The position numbers and the translations under genes are program-made. A stretch of DNA of 63,790 nt, the filler included, from Octopus bimaculoides (taxonomy: Eukaryota), in the NCBI RefSeq assembly GCF_001194135.2. It is 7 parts of 7 records of this genome, joined end to end, with 100 filler letters (N's around TTAATTAATTAA, not from the genome) between each part and the next. Parts side by side here need not be neighbours in the genome. Positions count along the whole stretch, not along the records: positions 40,112 to 53,595 come from NC_068984.1; positions 53,696 to 59,640 come from NC_068982.1; positions 59,741 to 62,522 come from NC_069002.1; positions 62,623 to 63,790 come from NC_068995.1; 3 more parts are not named here. The stretch is one strand, 5' to 3'. Each line of letters begins with the position of its first letter. Within the stretch, counting starts at the first letter, position 1. Positions 51,545 to 63,790 of this stretch are shown in pieces. Under the pieces are notes generated by a model, which was not told where the DNA came from, searched no databases, and saw only the letters and a list, made by a program, of their open reading frames with translations.

Positions 51545-51765
51545 CACACTTTTCAAGCCTAGCCAGGCTCATGGGCCCGGTTTCCCGGTTTCTATGGCGT
51601 ATGTGTTCCCCGCAGCTGGACGGGACGCCAGTCCATCGCAGCGTTACTCAAGAAACAGGAAGAAAGAGTGAGAGGAAGTTGGGGCGAAAGAGTACAACAG
51701 GGGTCGCTACCATCTCCATCCGGAGCCACGTGGAGCTTTAGATGTTTTCGCTCAACAAATACACA
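51545..51765 (-). mobile_element. SINE sharing the family-B 5' body but with a different 3' domain
   Basis: Minus: tgagcgaaaacatctaaagctccacg...gagtaacgctgcgatggactggcgtcccgtccagc. Confidence 0.65.
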
Positions 51766-51829
51766 CAACATAAATAACATATACATACATATCTATATGT
51801 ATGTGTAAATGTGTGTGTGGATATGTGTT

Positions 51830-51969
51830 ACGAAGTTTGCTTACCAACCACATGGTTTCAGGTTCAGTCCCACTGCATGGCACCTTGGGCAAGTGTCTTC
51901 TTCTATAGCCTCGGGCGGACCAAAGCCTCATGAGTGGATATGGTGGATGGAAACTAAAAGAAGCCCGTC

Positions 51970-52013
<44 letters not shown>

Positions 52014-52250
52014 TTATCTGTGTGTGTGTTTGTGTCTCTGTGTTTGTCTGCCACCATCACTTGACAACCGATGTTGGTGTGTTTACGTCTCCCTGATTAG
52101 CATTTCGACAAAATAAGTACTAGGGTCCGACAGAATAAGTACTAGGCTTATAAAGCATATGTCTAAAGGCGGTGCTCCAGCATGGCTGCAGTCAAGATGG
52201 CTGCAGTCAAGATGGCTGCAGTCAAGATGACTGAAACAAACAAGAGAATT
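51830..52250 (+). mobile_element. Composite SINE with internal 15-bp triplication
   Basis: Head, (TA)n, body; atggctgcagtcaag x3 near 52192-52236. Confidence 0.8.
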
Positions 52251-53561
52251 TATATATATATATATATATATATAATATAGGATAAAATCTTTATAAGAAT
52301 TTATCAAGTAGTCAGCGTGAAAAAACCCCATAAGGAAAAAAAAACTCATCGTTTTTTTCCCATAAATATATATAACTTATATAAGGGCATTAACTATATA
52401 GTAATGCCTCACGCTTAGAGGGACTAAAAAAGTCAAAAACTACCAAAAAATAAGCAACNNNNNNNNNNNNNNNNNNNNNNNNNNNNNNNNNNNNNNNNNN
52501 NNNNNNNNNNNNNNNNNNNNNNNNNNNNNNNNNNNNNNNNNNNNNNNNNNNNNNNNNNNNNNNNNNNNNNNNNNNNNNNNNNNNNNNNNNNNNNNNNNNN
52601 NNNNNNNNNNNNNNNNNNNNNNNNNNNNNNNNNNNNNNNNNNNNNNNNNNNNNNNNNNNNNNNNNNNNNNNNNNNNNNNNNNNNNNNNNNNNNNNNNNNN
52701 NNNNNNNNNNNNNNNNNNNNNNNNNNNNNNNNNNNNNNNNNNNNNNNNNNNNNNNNNNNNNNNNNNNNNNNNNNNNNNNNNNNNNNNNNNNNNNNNNNNN
52801 NNNNNNNNNNNNNNNNNNNNNNNNNNNNNNNNNNNNNNNNNNNNNNNNNNNNNNNNNNNNNNNNNNNNNNNNNNNNNNNNNNNNNNNNNNNGGGGGGGGG
52901 GCGTGTGTGTGTGTGTATTACTGGTTTCGTGACAGATTCCATCGACCTAATTCACTCACCAAGCCTTGGTCGGCCGTTAGAAGACACTTGCCCGTTACAC
53001 CAGGCAGTGGTACTTAACCGGAAACCACGTGGTTAGGCAACGAACTAACATAACCATCCAGCCATGTTTTAGAATCATATTTATAACCATTTCCTTTTGC
53101 TTACACAAGAACTAAATTATAAGCATCACGTGATTCCACTTCCATTTCTATGTAAATCCGAGATTTTATATCTTTGAGAAGAATCAATTTTCGAATTTCA
53201 ATTGAAATCAAATTGCCGTATTTAATTCGGTTCTAAAACAACATTTTATGTTCAATGTTCACAGAAGACAAGTTGTAGGTATTCAACACGGCATTTCATG
53301 ATTTTCAACAAAAAAGGAAGTTGCAATTTATAAATATGTCAAAGCTGATTTTTATTTCATGTACAAATAGAACAGGCGTATGCATAGTGAAAGTAGACAT
53401 TCAGGAGCACTTCCGTTCAGTACACAAACAATATGCCCACAAACACACACTGGCACCAATACACATGCATACGCACGTGTAAACGTATACAAACACACAC
53501 ACACACGTGCACCGGTATACATACACACGCATATGCATGTGTGTCTTGCGCGTCCATATTT

Positions 53562-53595
<34 letters not shown>

Positions 53596-53695
53596 NNNNN
53601 NNNNNNNNNNNNNNNNNNNNNNNNNNNNNNNNNNNNNNNTTAATTAATTAANNNNNNNNNNNNNNNNNNNNNNNNNNNNNNNNNNNNNNNNNNNN

Positions 53696-54136
53696 GGAAC
53701 TGTATGTTCAACGGATGGAACGACTCAAGAGAAAAGACCTAATCGGCAGCATGGAGTTCTTCTGCTGCACGACAACGCCCGCCCTCATCGCCAATATGAC
53801 CAATGAAGCCATTCAAACGCATGGCTTGGAAGTGCTGCCACACCCGCCGTACTCTCCTGATTTGGCACCAACGGATTTCCACCTCTTTCGATCTCTTTCA
53901 AATCCTATGCGTGGAGTTTCGTTCAGTACTGATGCAGAATTGAGAGCTTGGTTGGATCAATTTTTCGAGTCGAAATCGGGTGATTTCTACTAACGAGGTA
54001 TTGAAAATCTTGTTGAACGTTGGGAAGAAGTTGTAAACAACAAGATTGAATATTATTGATTAATTAGTTATTTTTTATTAAAACTTTTAAAAAATGTTAA
54101 TTTTTAAAAACGGCGGGAACTTAGTTGCCAACCCAA
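53696..54136 (+). mobile_element. Mariner transposon 3' half with right TIR
   Basis: LLHDNA..LIANMT...LEVLPHPPYSPDLAPTDFHLFRSL...GIENLVERWEEVVN; TIR aaaacggcgggaacttagttgccaacccaa|TA. Confidence 0.9.
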
Positions 54137-54146
54137 TATATATATA

Positions 54147-54972
54147 CAGGGTGGGTGGAAAGTAAATAGACATTAGAAATTGCTTATTTCTTATTTTTTT
54201 ATTTTCCAGATGGTGGTCGCTTGATTATTCGGGAGCGAGCTAAGATAGCAGCACGCTGTGAAGTGTGGAATTCCGTTGTTTTGGTTCAGAGATGGTGGCG
54301 CGTATGGAAAGGTAAGTATGTAACATTACGTCGGAGACAGTAAAAAGTTATCATGCAAAGCTGATGACCTTGGGCTATGTGAACGATGCAGTAAGAAGTG
54401 ACCGTCCAACCAACTCTCGAACAGCGGAGAATGTGGCAACAGTGAAGGAGATGTTTAATCGCAGCCACAAGAATCAACACGTCAAGCAGCTCGTGAAAGT
54501 GGACTAGCAAGACAAACAATACGAACAGTGCTGTATAAAGAATTGAACTTTCGTCCGTGGAAAGCCCATTACATGCAGGATTTAAAACCTGAAGACTGTG
54601 ACCGCAGAATGGAATGTGGAGAGTTAATGCTAGTTTGGTATGAAGATTGGCCTGAATTATTTGAAAACATCCTCTATAGGGACGAGGCTGGGTTGTTATG
54701 ATACCGATCGTACACTGGAGCACTTGGAAACACGGATTCAAGAGATTCTCAATGATATCCCAGACGACGTCCTTCAAAAGGTTGTTCATTCTATCTCTAG
54801 CCATTTGAGGAAACTGGTTGACGCCACCAGTGCTTACGTTGAAATATGAAGATTTATTTTCATTTTCTCATGTAATAAAGAACATGTAGCATTTGTTTCA
54901 ATAAATTTGTAAAAGGAATATGGATTTTATTACCCCAATTTTTAGTGACTACTTACTCTTCCCCAACTTCTG
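54147..54972 (+). mobile_element. Internally deleted Tc1/mariner-superfamily element (maT/rosa-like N-terminus)
   Basis: TA|cagggtgg start; SVVLVQRWW...STRQAARESGLARQTIRTVLYKELNFRPWK.HYMQDLKPEDCDRR...ILYRDEA, then a jump to LEHLETRIQEILNDIP...; catalytic middle missing. Confidence 0.7.
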
Positions 54973-54989
54973 TGTTTGTGTGTCATATA

Positions 54990-55850
54990 TGACTGTGTGG
55001 TAAGAGGTTTGCTTCCCAGCCACATAGTTCCGGGTTCAGTCTCACTGCGTTGCACCTTGGGCAAGTGTCTTCTACTATAGCCTCAGGCCAACCAATACCT
55101 TGCGAGTGGATTTGGTGGCCGGAAACTGAAAAAAAGCCCTTCGTATAAATATATAAGTGTGTGTGTGTGTGTGAGTGTGTGTNNNNNNNNNNNNNNNNNN
55201 NNNNNNNNNNNNNNNNNNNNNNNNNNNNNNNNNNNNNNNNNNNNNNNNNNNNNNNNNNNNNNNNNNNNNNNNNNNNNNNNNNNNNNNNNNNNNNNNNNNN
55301 NNNNNNNNNNNNNNNNNNNNNNNNNNNNNNNNNNNNNNNNNNNNNNNNNNNNNNNNNNNNNNNNNNNNNNNNNNNNNNNNNNNNNNNNNNNNNNNNNNNN
55401 NNNNNNNNNNNNNNNNNNNNNNNNNNNNNNNNNNNNNNNNNNNNNNNNNNNNNNNNNNNNNNNNNNNNNNNNNNNNAGTTCCGGGTTCAGTCTCACTGCG
55501 TTGCACCTTGGGCAAGTGTCTTCTACTATAGCCTCAGGCCAACCAATACCTTGCGAGTGGATTTGGTGGCCGGAAACTGAAAAAAAGCCCTTCGTATAAA
55601 TATATAAGTGTGTGTGTGTGTGTGAGTGCGCGCGCTTCTTTGTGTCTTTGTTTCTCACCACCGATTGACGACCGGTGCTAGTATATTTACGTCCTCGTAA
55701 CTTAGCGGTTCAGCAAAATATCCGATTGAATAAGTACCAGGCTTTAAGGAAAATAAATACTGAGGTTGATACATTCAACGAAAAATTCTTCAACGTGGTG
55801 CTCCAGCATGGGCTCAGTCAAAGACTGAAACGAGTAAAGGATAACATATA
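54990..55850 (+). mobile_element. Composite SINE spanning an assembly gap (head duplicated on both sides of the gap)
   Basis: 55027-55180 is repeated at 55477-55630. Confidence 0.75.
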
Positions 55851-56149
55851 TAATCTTTCAAAGTGGGTCTGGTGCTAACCTTTTTATCATACTCCTCCAC
55901 CATTGCCACCAACAAATCCAAACCTTTGACAGCATTATTACGTGTGAGGAAAAGAATGAAGTTCAGTGATGCGTATGTGATTTTGGAGATTGTCTTTACC
56001 TCTTCTTCTACGTTGTAGGCTATCCTCTATGATGCGGTCCTCTTCTTCTACGTTGTAGGCTATCCTCTATGATGCGGTAACTTCTCTTTCTCCAGTGCTT
56101 ATAGTGCGTCTCATACATCTCGGAGGGATTTTTCGGCCTGCACTCTCGT

Positions 56150-56385
56150 GAGGCATTAAGGCTTCCGGCGCTTCATAGACTTGGAAATTATATTAGTTCC
56201 CTCATCCTGGATTAGATACAATTCTGAAAGGGATATTAGATCCAACTCATTGATATTCTTCGTGTACTTCTTTCAAATCTCAGGGAGTGTTAATTGCCTT
56301 AGGTATTCTCTGTAGGACCTGCTATTTACGCAAGCGGTCCCAACTTGAGAGCTTTGCCTTTAGTCATGTTATTGTTTGTGTTGTT
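56150..56385 (-). mobile_element. Possible LINE AP-endonuclease N-terminal relic
   Basis: LKLGPLA... NINELDLISLSEL resembles the xxGTWNV and DIxxLSE motifs; heavily decayed. Confidence 0.35.
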
Positions 56386-56410
56386 GTTGGTGCTTGTAGA
56401 ATTCGAGTAA

Positions 56411-56451
<41 letters not shown>

Positions 56452-57249
56452 TTTGGGTAGCGATGATAATGCTAGTTACTGTTGTTCTTGCTACGTTTTG
56501 TCTGCTACTAATCTTGTCCTTGTTGTACACAACCTTCTTCAACAGGGCTGTTACAGGTAATAGCAGTGGTAGAAGCTGGCAGTCATTACGTCGTCGCCGT
56601 TAGACTATTTGAGGGAGAATGACGATGATGATGATAATGATGATGATTTTCTTACATAGGCACAAGACCAGAAATATTGGTGGCGGTGGTGGTGGTAGGG
56701 GAGGCGTTTCCGGGGTTTATATTTAATGTTTGTTAAGCAAATAAACATTCTTATTGGGTGAGGAAGGAGTCTCATAAAATAGCAAAAGCGGAAGTTGTCA
56801 CCGAGGTAGTAGTTCATGTTGTTGTATAGCTGCAGGTAGCTGTCTGAACGACGAGGCAAGAATTACAGATCCATGTTTCCAGCTTTACTATGTCTCCGTC
56901 TAGACATACAATGATGAATCGTGTAGGGTACATGGTGACACTTTTACAGCAAATTAGTAGCAGTGTGTGTTCCAGCTCACTGAGTTCAAATCCGGCCGAA
57001 ATCAACTTTGCTTTTCATCCATCCAGGATCGATAAAATAAATTATCAATCCGGGACTGTAGTTTGATGGAATTTTAAGGGCATTGGAGTAGTTATTTTCT
57101 TCTTAGTTGTTGGGTGGTAGATCTATTCTGTTATCCGGTTTAACACTATCACCATATCCTTGGCTACTAATAGTGGAATATTCAAACCATATTCTTGGTT
57201 TTAACTAGCTCCCTTCCACCAACAAGTCCCGGGAGCTCTGAATAAATAA

Positions 57250-58450
57250 ATAAAAAGGTTATAGGGAATACATCTTTTCTCTCTTGATTAAACGGAATAA
57301 AAATTTCACTTTGTCCATTGTCCAAGCTGTTTCTGGACACCTAAGAAGAGAGGTGGGGAAAAGGGTCTCGGGTAGAGCACATCACTTGCTGTTTCTCTGC
57401 ATCCATTGTTAGTGGGGTGAGGTGGAATTCAAGTACAGTGTTTGAGACAAAAATGGTTATTGATGTTGCAGTTATTTCTGCATATATGTGTTCGTTAGAT
57501 TTGTTTAGGTTGAGTAGGAGAGGTAGAAATTTTGATATGTTGTGCCGCTCTAGGGGATTGCTTACGAGTGTAGAAGCCTGGGAGCGGATTTTGTGCAGTT
57601 TCAGGAAATTTGGGAAGTTAAAGCTTTTTGGGCAACAAAGTGTGCCCATTACATATCTAGGTGGTCTTTTATTTTAGTACTTTTGTGTAGGTGTTTTATA
57701 AGCTTAGTCTCTGTACAACCTATTTTGATGTGTAATGTGCTGTTTTGTGCTTGTAGTTTGTTGTGAAAAAATTAGTGGCCCAAATGAGACATATTCGATC
57801 TGTTACATTGCTTATACATTAATGTTCTTTCTTTCAGTCAGACAAATCTGATACCTGTGATTGCCCTAAATGTGTTTGTGTCGTTTTCTTTTCTTAACTG
57901 TGTATATGTGTGTATTGGGAATATTGTAAAGTTGAATGTATCTTTAAATATTTTTCTCTTCTATATGTATGTAATAAGTTTATGTTGTTGAGTGAAATTG
58001 GTTGTATTTTATCATCTTTGGTGTTATTAGTAAGAATAGAGTCAGTGGATTTGGCAGATACTGTTTTAGGTGTTGTTATAGAGCCAAGTTACTATATGAT
58101 ATAATAGAGTTTAAGTGGTTCTGTTGTGGTGTCTAGAAAGTGTTGGGAGGATATACATGTGGTATCATTTGCGTATCATGCTATCGATATAGTTTTGAAA
58201 GTGTGTTATTTTTTTTAAGATGGTGCTGGCGGGCAATGAAGTCGAAAGCTTTGCTGTTGTCAATGGCAGTTCAGTTAAAAAGATACACGTGGAAGGGATA
58301 AAGTTTGTTTTTTTTTCGCTATGGAAGCCATCATGTATTGTATTTAATATTTTACGTTTCATTGTAGATTGTGCTTGTTCGAATTTGCCCTGTGATTTAG
58401 AGATGGACTTTTGTGGGTATGTAATGTCAAGGATTAGCATTTTTAAACTC
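57250..58450 (-). mobile_element. Decayed LINE RT and C-terminal region
   Basis: DGFH... and TAIDNSKAFDFI (RT motif xDxSKAFD) near 58240-58340. Confidence 0.5.
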
Positions 58451-59461
58451 GACTATTTAGGGTGCACATCAAAATCAACAGACACACCACACCTCAGAAA
58501 ATGATGCCGAATAAAACACAAAGTAAATAAACTTATTAGATATTTCTCTAAAATAAACTACCAAAAGCATTACAAAACAACACCACAAAAAATAAGCATC
58601 AACTACTTACATCCAGATTTTGTCCTTTTCCTTCCACCAGACACTAAATATAATAACAGGGAAAGATAAAAGCTTAACATTTTCAAGAACAGACAAAACC
58701 ACAAACATACACCCAAAACACATAGAGCCTTAAGGAATCACTGCACTCAATAACATCTACAATTATGCATATCTATAACATGAAAATCCCAGAATCTAGA
58801 ACTGAGCAAAATTATAATTCTAAAGCCCAACAAAAACGCAAGTGAAGAAACAACAGACCCATCGTCCAAGTTCTTAGTCGGCCGTACTACCGTTGACGGT
58901 GTCGGTTAGATCAACAACTTTCGTGAATTAAGTGGTGGTGGTATTGGTGGTAGTATTGCAAGTGGTACCTTAGTGAAAGACGAATTAGATTGTTTTTATT
59001 ACAAATTTTAATGTAACTACAGCTTTGAGGAGTTCACTCCGTACTCTAATTACTTATTATTAATAATATTTCCGAAACAGGCATATACTTTCTGATCGAA
59101 TTTTTATTGGAGCGTATGGTGGGTGTTAGACGTAAACATATTCAGGCCAATTAAAGAGAAAAATATGAAAGACTGACATCGCGTTGCCAATTGGTCGAAT
59201 GATGACGATGATGAGGACGACGACGATGATAAAGAGGATGATGATGACGATGAGAAAAGGAGGCGAAGAAGTAGTAGGAGAAGGATATTGGTGGTGGTTG
59301 TGATGGTGGTGGTGGTGGTGGTGGGTGACGACGATGAACACTAGCTGCACCATGGTTGTATGGTGAATAAATATAGCTAAATATATGTACTTAATGAACT
59401 GCTGAATTTATTACGATCTAATAGAAAGAGAGAGTGTGTGTGTGAGTGTGCGTGCGTTTGC

Positions 59462-59495
<34 letters not shown>

Positions 59496-59604
59496 AAGGG
59501 AGGGAGGGGGAAAGAGAACTATCTATGTAGATTAACAGATATAATATACACAGACATACACGCACATACATGTATGTATAAGTATATACATACATACATA
59601 ATAC

Positions 59605-59640
<36 letters not shown>

Positions 59641-59740
59641 NNNNNNNNNNNNNNNNNNNNNNNNNNNNNNNNNNNNNNNNNNNNTTAATTAATTAANNNN
59701 NNNNNNNNNNNNNNNNNNNNNNNNNNNNNNNNNNNNNNNN

Positions 59741-59777
<37 letters not shown>

Positions 59778-60169
59778 ATATATATATATACATACACACA
59801 CATTCACACTGGCAAACAGACACACACATATATGTAAAATGGATCTTCGTCGATTTCGACGATTACAGCTTAGACAATTGAACCATCTCAACAACGTAGG
59901 TACAGAGTGAACGTGTGAATATCTGAACGTCCTGCAGCCCACAGACTTGTACCATGGATGACCTGACATTAGTGACAAAATACATGACGATACTGTATTG
60001 ATGAGTTTCAGGTGCCATGCATTGTCCAGGTACCTGCACAGTTTTTGTCTTCCAGTTAAACTCAGAAGGCTTGTGTTGAGCAAAGGCAAGGCGTACGACT
60101 GTTACTAATCATGATTTTAGAACGATGCTTTTAGCTACAAAGTCTTCTTGGTGTTTATATATGTACTAC

Positions 60170-60196
60170 TAGTACATATGCATATGTGTGTGTACA

Positions 60197-60233
<37 letters not shown>

Positions 60234-60590
60234 GTTGTGTGTAAATGTGTATATATATATATCTATTTATATATATATATGTATAAATATATTCATATAC
60301 ATACATACGTACATATATATATATATATAGATATACACACATATATATATATTCATATCTGTATGTATATGTATGTTTCCCTCTAAATATAAATATATAT
60401 GTAAACAAATATAATGATATATACATGTACATCTATATATGTATAAATATCCATATATATGTTGATATATATATTCATATATCAATCATAATGTGTTTAT
60501 GTGTGTGTAGTGAATGCATTAATGTGTATATATATTTGTATAAGTATTTTTGTATATATGCGTATACATGTACATATGTAATCCATCCAT

Positions 60591-60631
<41 letters not shown>

Positions 60632-60701
60632 CGTATGCATGTATGTATATACATATACATACATACATATAAATATACACACATATATACATATATATAT
60701 T

Positions 60702-60737
<36 letters not shown>

Positions 60738-60858
60738 GATACCGGTAAAATATATTTTTGTATGTAAAATATAAATGAAGTGAAATGAAACAAAATCGTT
60801 TCCATGTTTTAAATCGAAATACAATGTGGAAATGGAATGAGCGAACGAAACCACCACC

Positions 60859-60890
<32 letters not shown>

Positions 60891-61150
60891 CAACAATAAT
60901 AATAATAATAATTATAGTAACAGCATTAGAAGTAATAACCAGAGCAAGAACATAGACAATGTAGATGCGAAAAAAAACAAAAAAAACTAAGAAACAACAG
61001 AAAAATAAAACAGAAAAACGAAAAAAAGAACCCAAGGTACATCAGAACCAAAAAAGAAAAAAAACAAAAAAAATATATAACCAAAACACCCAGAAGCATA
61101 AAAAATGTAAATAATGAGAGAAAAAAATGTGACAGTAGTAGTCGTAGTCA

Positions 61151-61182
<32 letters not shown>

Positions 61183-61290
61183 ATGGTAGTGGTAGTAGTA
61201 GTAATGGTAGTAGTAATGGTAGTGGTAGTAGTAGTAATGGTAGTAGTAGTAGTAATAGTAGTAGTAGTAGTAGTAGTAGTTGTAGTAATG

Positions 61291-61333
<43 letters not shown>

Positions 61334-61415
61334 ATGTTGTCGATGTTGTAATTCTTATTGCTATTATTAGTGTTGTGCAGTCCTGGCGCTGTTGTAGTTG
61401 TAGTTGTGGTTGTTG

Positions 61416-61452
<37 letters not shown>

Positions 61453-61465
61453 NNNNNNNNNNTTA

Positions 61466-61497
<32 letters not shown>

Positions 61498-61993
61498 GTT
61501 ATTATTATTACTTCTTCGTGTTGTTTCTGCTATGGATATTGATGTTGTTGTTGTTGTTGTTGTCGTCGTTGTTGTTGTTGTTGTTATTAGCTCTATTCAT
61601 TGTATTGTTTTACCGGAGTCTTTCTTAATACAACAGTAATAACAAACGAATGACACGCAAACAGCGACGACGACGACGATGACGACGATGACGTTGGTGA
61701 TGATAATGATGCTGACGAAGAGGATGGTGAATACGATGGTGATGCTGATGATGTGGTGGTGACAGTGGTGGTTGAGGTGATGATGACGATGATGATGATG
61801 ATGATGATAATGATGATGATGCTGATGGTGGTGATGACAACAACGACGGCGACGACGATGACGACCACGATGATGATAATGATGATGATGATGATGATGA
61901 TGATGATAATGATGAGGATAACGATGACGACAATGATGACAATGTTAACTATGACGACGAGGATGATGGCGATGAAGCTGATAACAATGGTGG

Positions 61994-62029
<36 letters not shown>

Positions 62030-62265
62030 CAATGACGACGACGATGTTGATGATGATGATGATGACAATGACGACGACGATGTTGATGATGATGATGATG
62101 AGGAGGATGATGTTGATCACAACGATGATGATGATGACAACGATGACAATGATGAGAATTATGACGATGATGTTGACGATGATGTTTGATGACGATGATG
62201 ATGATGATGATGGTGATGATGTTGATGACGATGTTGATGATGACGATGTTGATGATGATATCGTC
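60170..62265. repeat. Compound microsatellite block: (TA)n, (ACC/AAC/AAT)n, (GTA)n, (TTG/TTA)n, (GAC/GAT)n
   Basis: Read directly; explains all low-complexity ORFs in this interval. Confidence 0.95.
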
Positions 62266-62666
62266 GACGATATATTTACAATATATAAAAAAAAATCACC
62301 TCAATGATGTCAATGTGGATTATGCGTTGCGAAATAAACTGACAAAAACAAGTAAAAAAAAAAAAATAAACAAATATTATGACAAAAATAATTTTAAAAA
62401 AATGAAGAAAAACGACAGAAAACAACAATGATTCCCCTTCACCACGTCTTCTCCCCTCTCTACACCATAAACTAAATAAAAAAAGAAACAAGTAGATATG
62501 AAAGAGAAGAGAAAGAAAAAATNNNNNNNNNNNNNNNNNNNNNNNNNNNNNNNNNNNNNNNNNNNNTTAATTAATTAANNNNNNNNNNNNNNNNNNNNNN
62601 NNNNNNNNNNNNNNNNNNNNNNATACACATATATTATATCTGTGTGTGTATTTATACGACTGTGCG

Positions 62667-62697
<31 letters not shown>

Positions 62698-63099
62698 ATT
62701 TATATGTAAGTATGATATACAAATTACGTCCATAATTTGAATTTTTAATTAAATGTGAATTTTTTTCTGCTTCTTTGTTGTTGTTTGTGTCAAGCTTTGT
62801 GTTTCAGGATGCTTCTTTGTGTGTGGGCGTATGGTTTATTATTTTAGTTTTTCTTCTTTCGTTTATGAATTATGTTTTGTAGTCAACATTTTATTAACAG
62901 AATCTTCCTTTGTTTGTCGCCGTCACCGAGTGATATCTCAAAGCCAGCCGAATTCATGTTTGTACCACAAAATAAATGATTGAGTGACGCACCAATAAAG
63001 CTTGTGAAATAACACTGCCTCTTGTAACAGTTCCACCACAAACTACTCCATCTCTCCACTTCGTAGCGCCAGATTCAGGTCCATATATTATCATTATTT

Positions 63100-63169
<70 letters not shown>

Positions 63170-63271
63170 CAAAAACATACGTACGAACGTACATTGGTAA
63201 GCATCCAAATATGCATGCATACTTTCATATGAATGAGACTATGCATTTGTGTGTGTTTATATATTTATATA

Positions 63272-63319
<48 letters not shown>

Positions 63320-63738
63320 GTCATATATATGTACACACATGCACACACGCACACATACTTGTGCAGAACTGGACTATGTACACTGGTATTTTAATTGGTG
63401 TTTGTCTATTTACATTCCTCAATGGCGATCATCAAGGCGTGAATGAGTTTACGTGCCGCGCAAAGGCCGTCCCTGGATGCAGTTTCGATTCCTTCTTACA
63501 CAGATGTTCGACGTTTTTTGCATCACTGGTGACGTTCTTTCTTCCTATACGTTCCGTGTAAATATAAGCGAAGTACATTGTTGTACCCGCATTATATATA
63601 TATATATCTCCATTAAAATTTTTTTTCCTTCGAGCCAACATTTTCACAAATTCAAAGTTCGTCAGAGCCAACATTTTTTTTTTCGAACCCAGTCACACAA
63701 GAAACCACGTCTCCATAGACCCATCCCTAGGGCTCAAA

Positions 63739-63790
<52 letters not shown>

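Noticed and set aside
55477-55630. Apparent tandem SINE head duplication
   Set aside because: Near-identical sequence on both sides of an N gap; typical contig-overlap artefact.
63211-63674. Overlapping ORFs with non-repetitive C-terminal parts
   Set aside because: No recognisable domain or convincing splice sites; they begin in microsatellite sequence on a 1.2-kb segment.

Overview
AT-rich, repeat- and microsatellite-dense eukaryotic genomic DNA. The SINE/RTE families and microsatellite load suggest an octopus (coleoid cephalopod) draft assembly; this is an inference. Six identical 100-bp artificial spacers (44 N + TTAATTAATTAA + 44 N) split the window into seven segments, so adjacency across them is not trustworthy. 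Two protein-coding genes are supported, both on the minus strand. One is the first coding exon of a DGAT2/MOGAT-family acyltransferase (480-960), with the rest of the gene off the left edge. The other is a complete 8-exon aspartylglucosaminidase gene (AGA, 24713-37979, 350 aa). RNA genes: a tandem tRNA-Asp(GTC) array (2 intact copies, 1 decayed) and a full-length 5S rRNA copy. The remainder is tRNA-derived SINEs, RTE-type LINE fragments, a Penelope-like RT relic, three Tc1/mariner relics, a Merlin transposase relic, MITE-like elements and microsatellites. Best leads: (i) three near-intact type I hammerhead ribozyme motifs (38454, 45234, 48308) plus decayed ones around the Penelope relic; (ii) a 5S rRNA + SINE chimera inserted with a 16-bp target duplication into another SINE; (iii) a GC-rich, structured, uORF-bearing first exon under a dense TATA/CRE/CCAAT/AP-1 promoter; (iv) a 28-bp duplication giving AGA exon 4 a second, frameshifting splice donor. 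All alignments and folds were done by eye; no searches were run.
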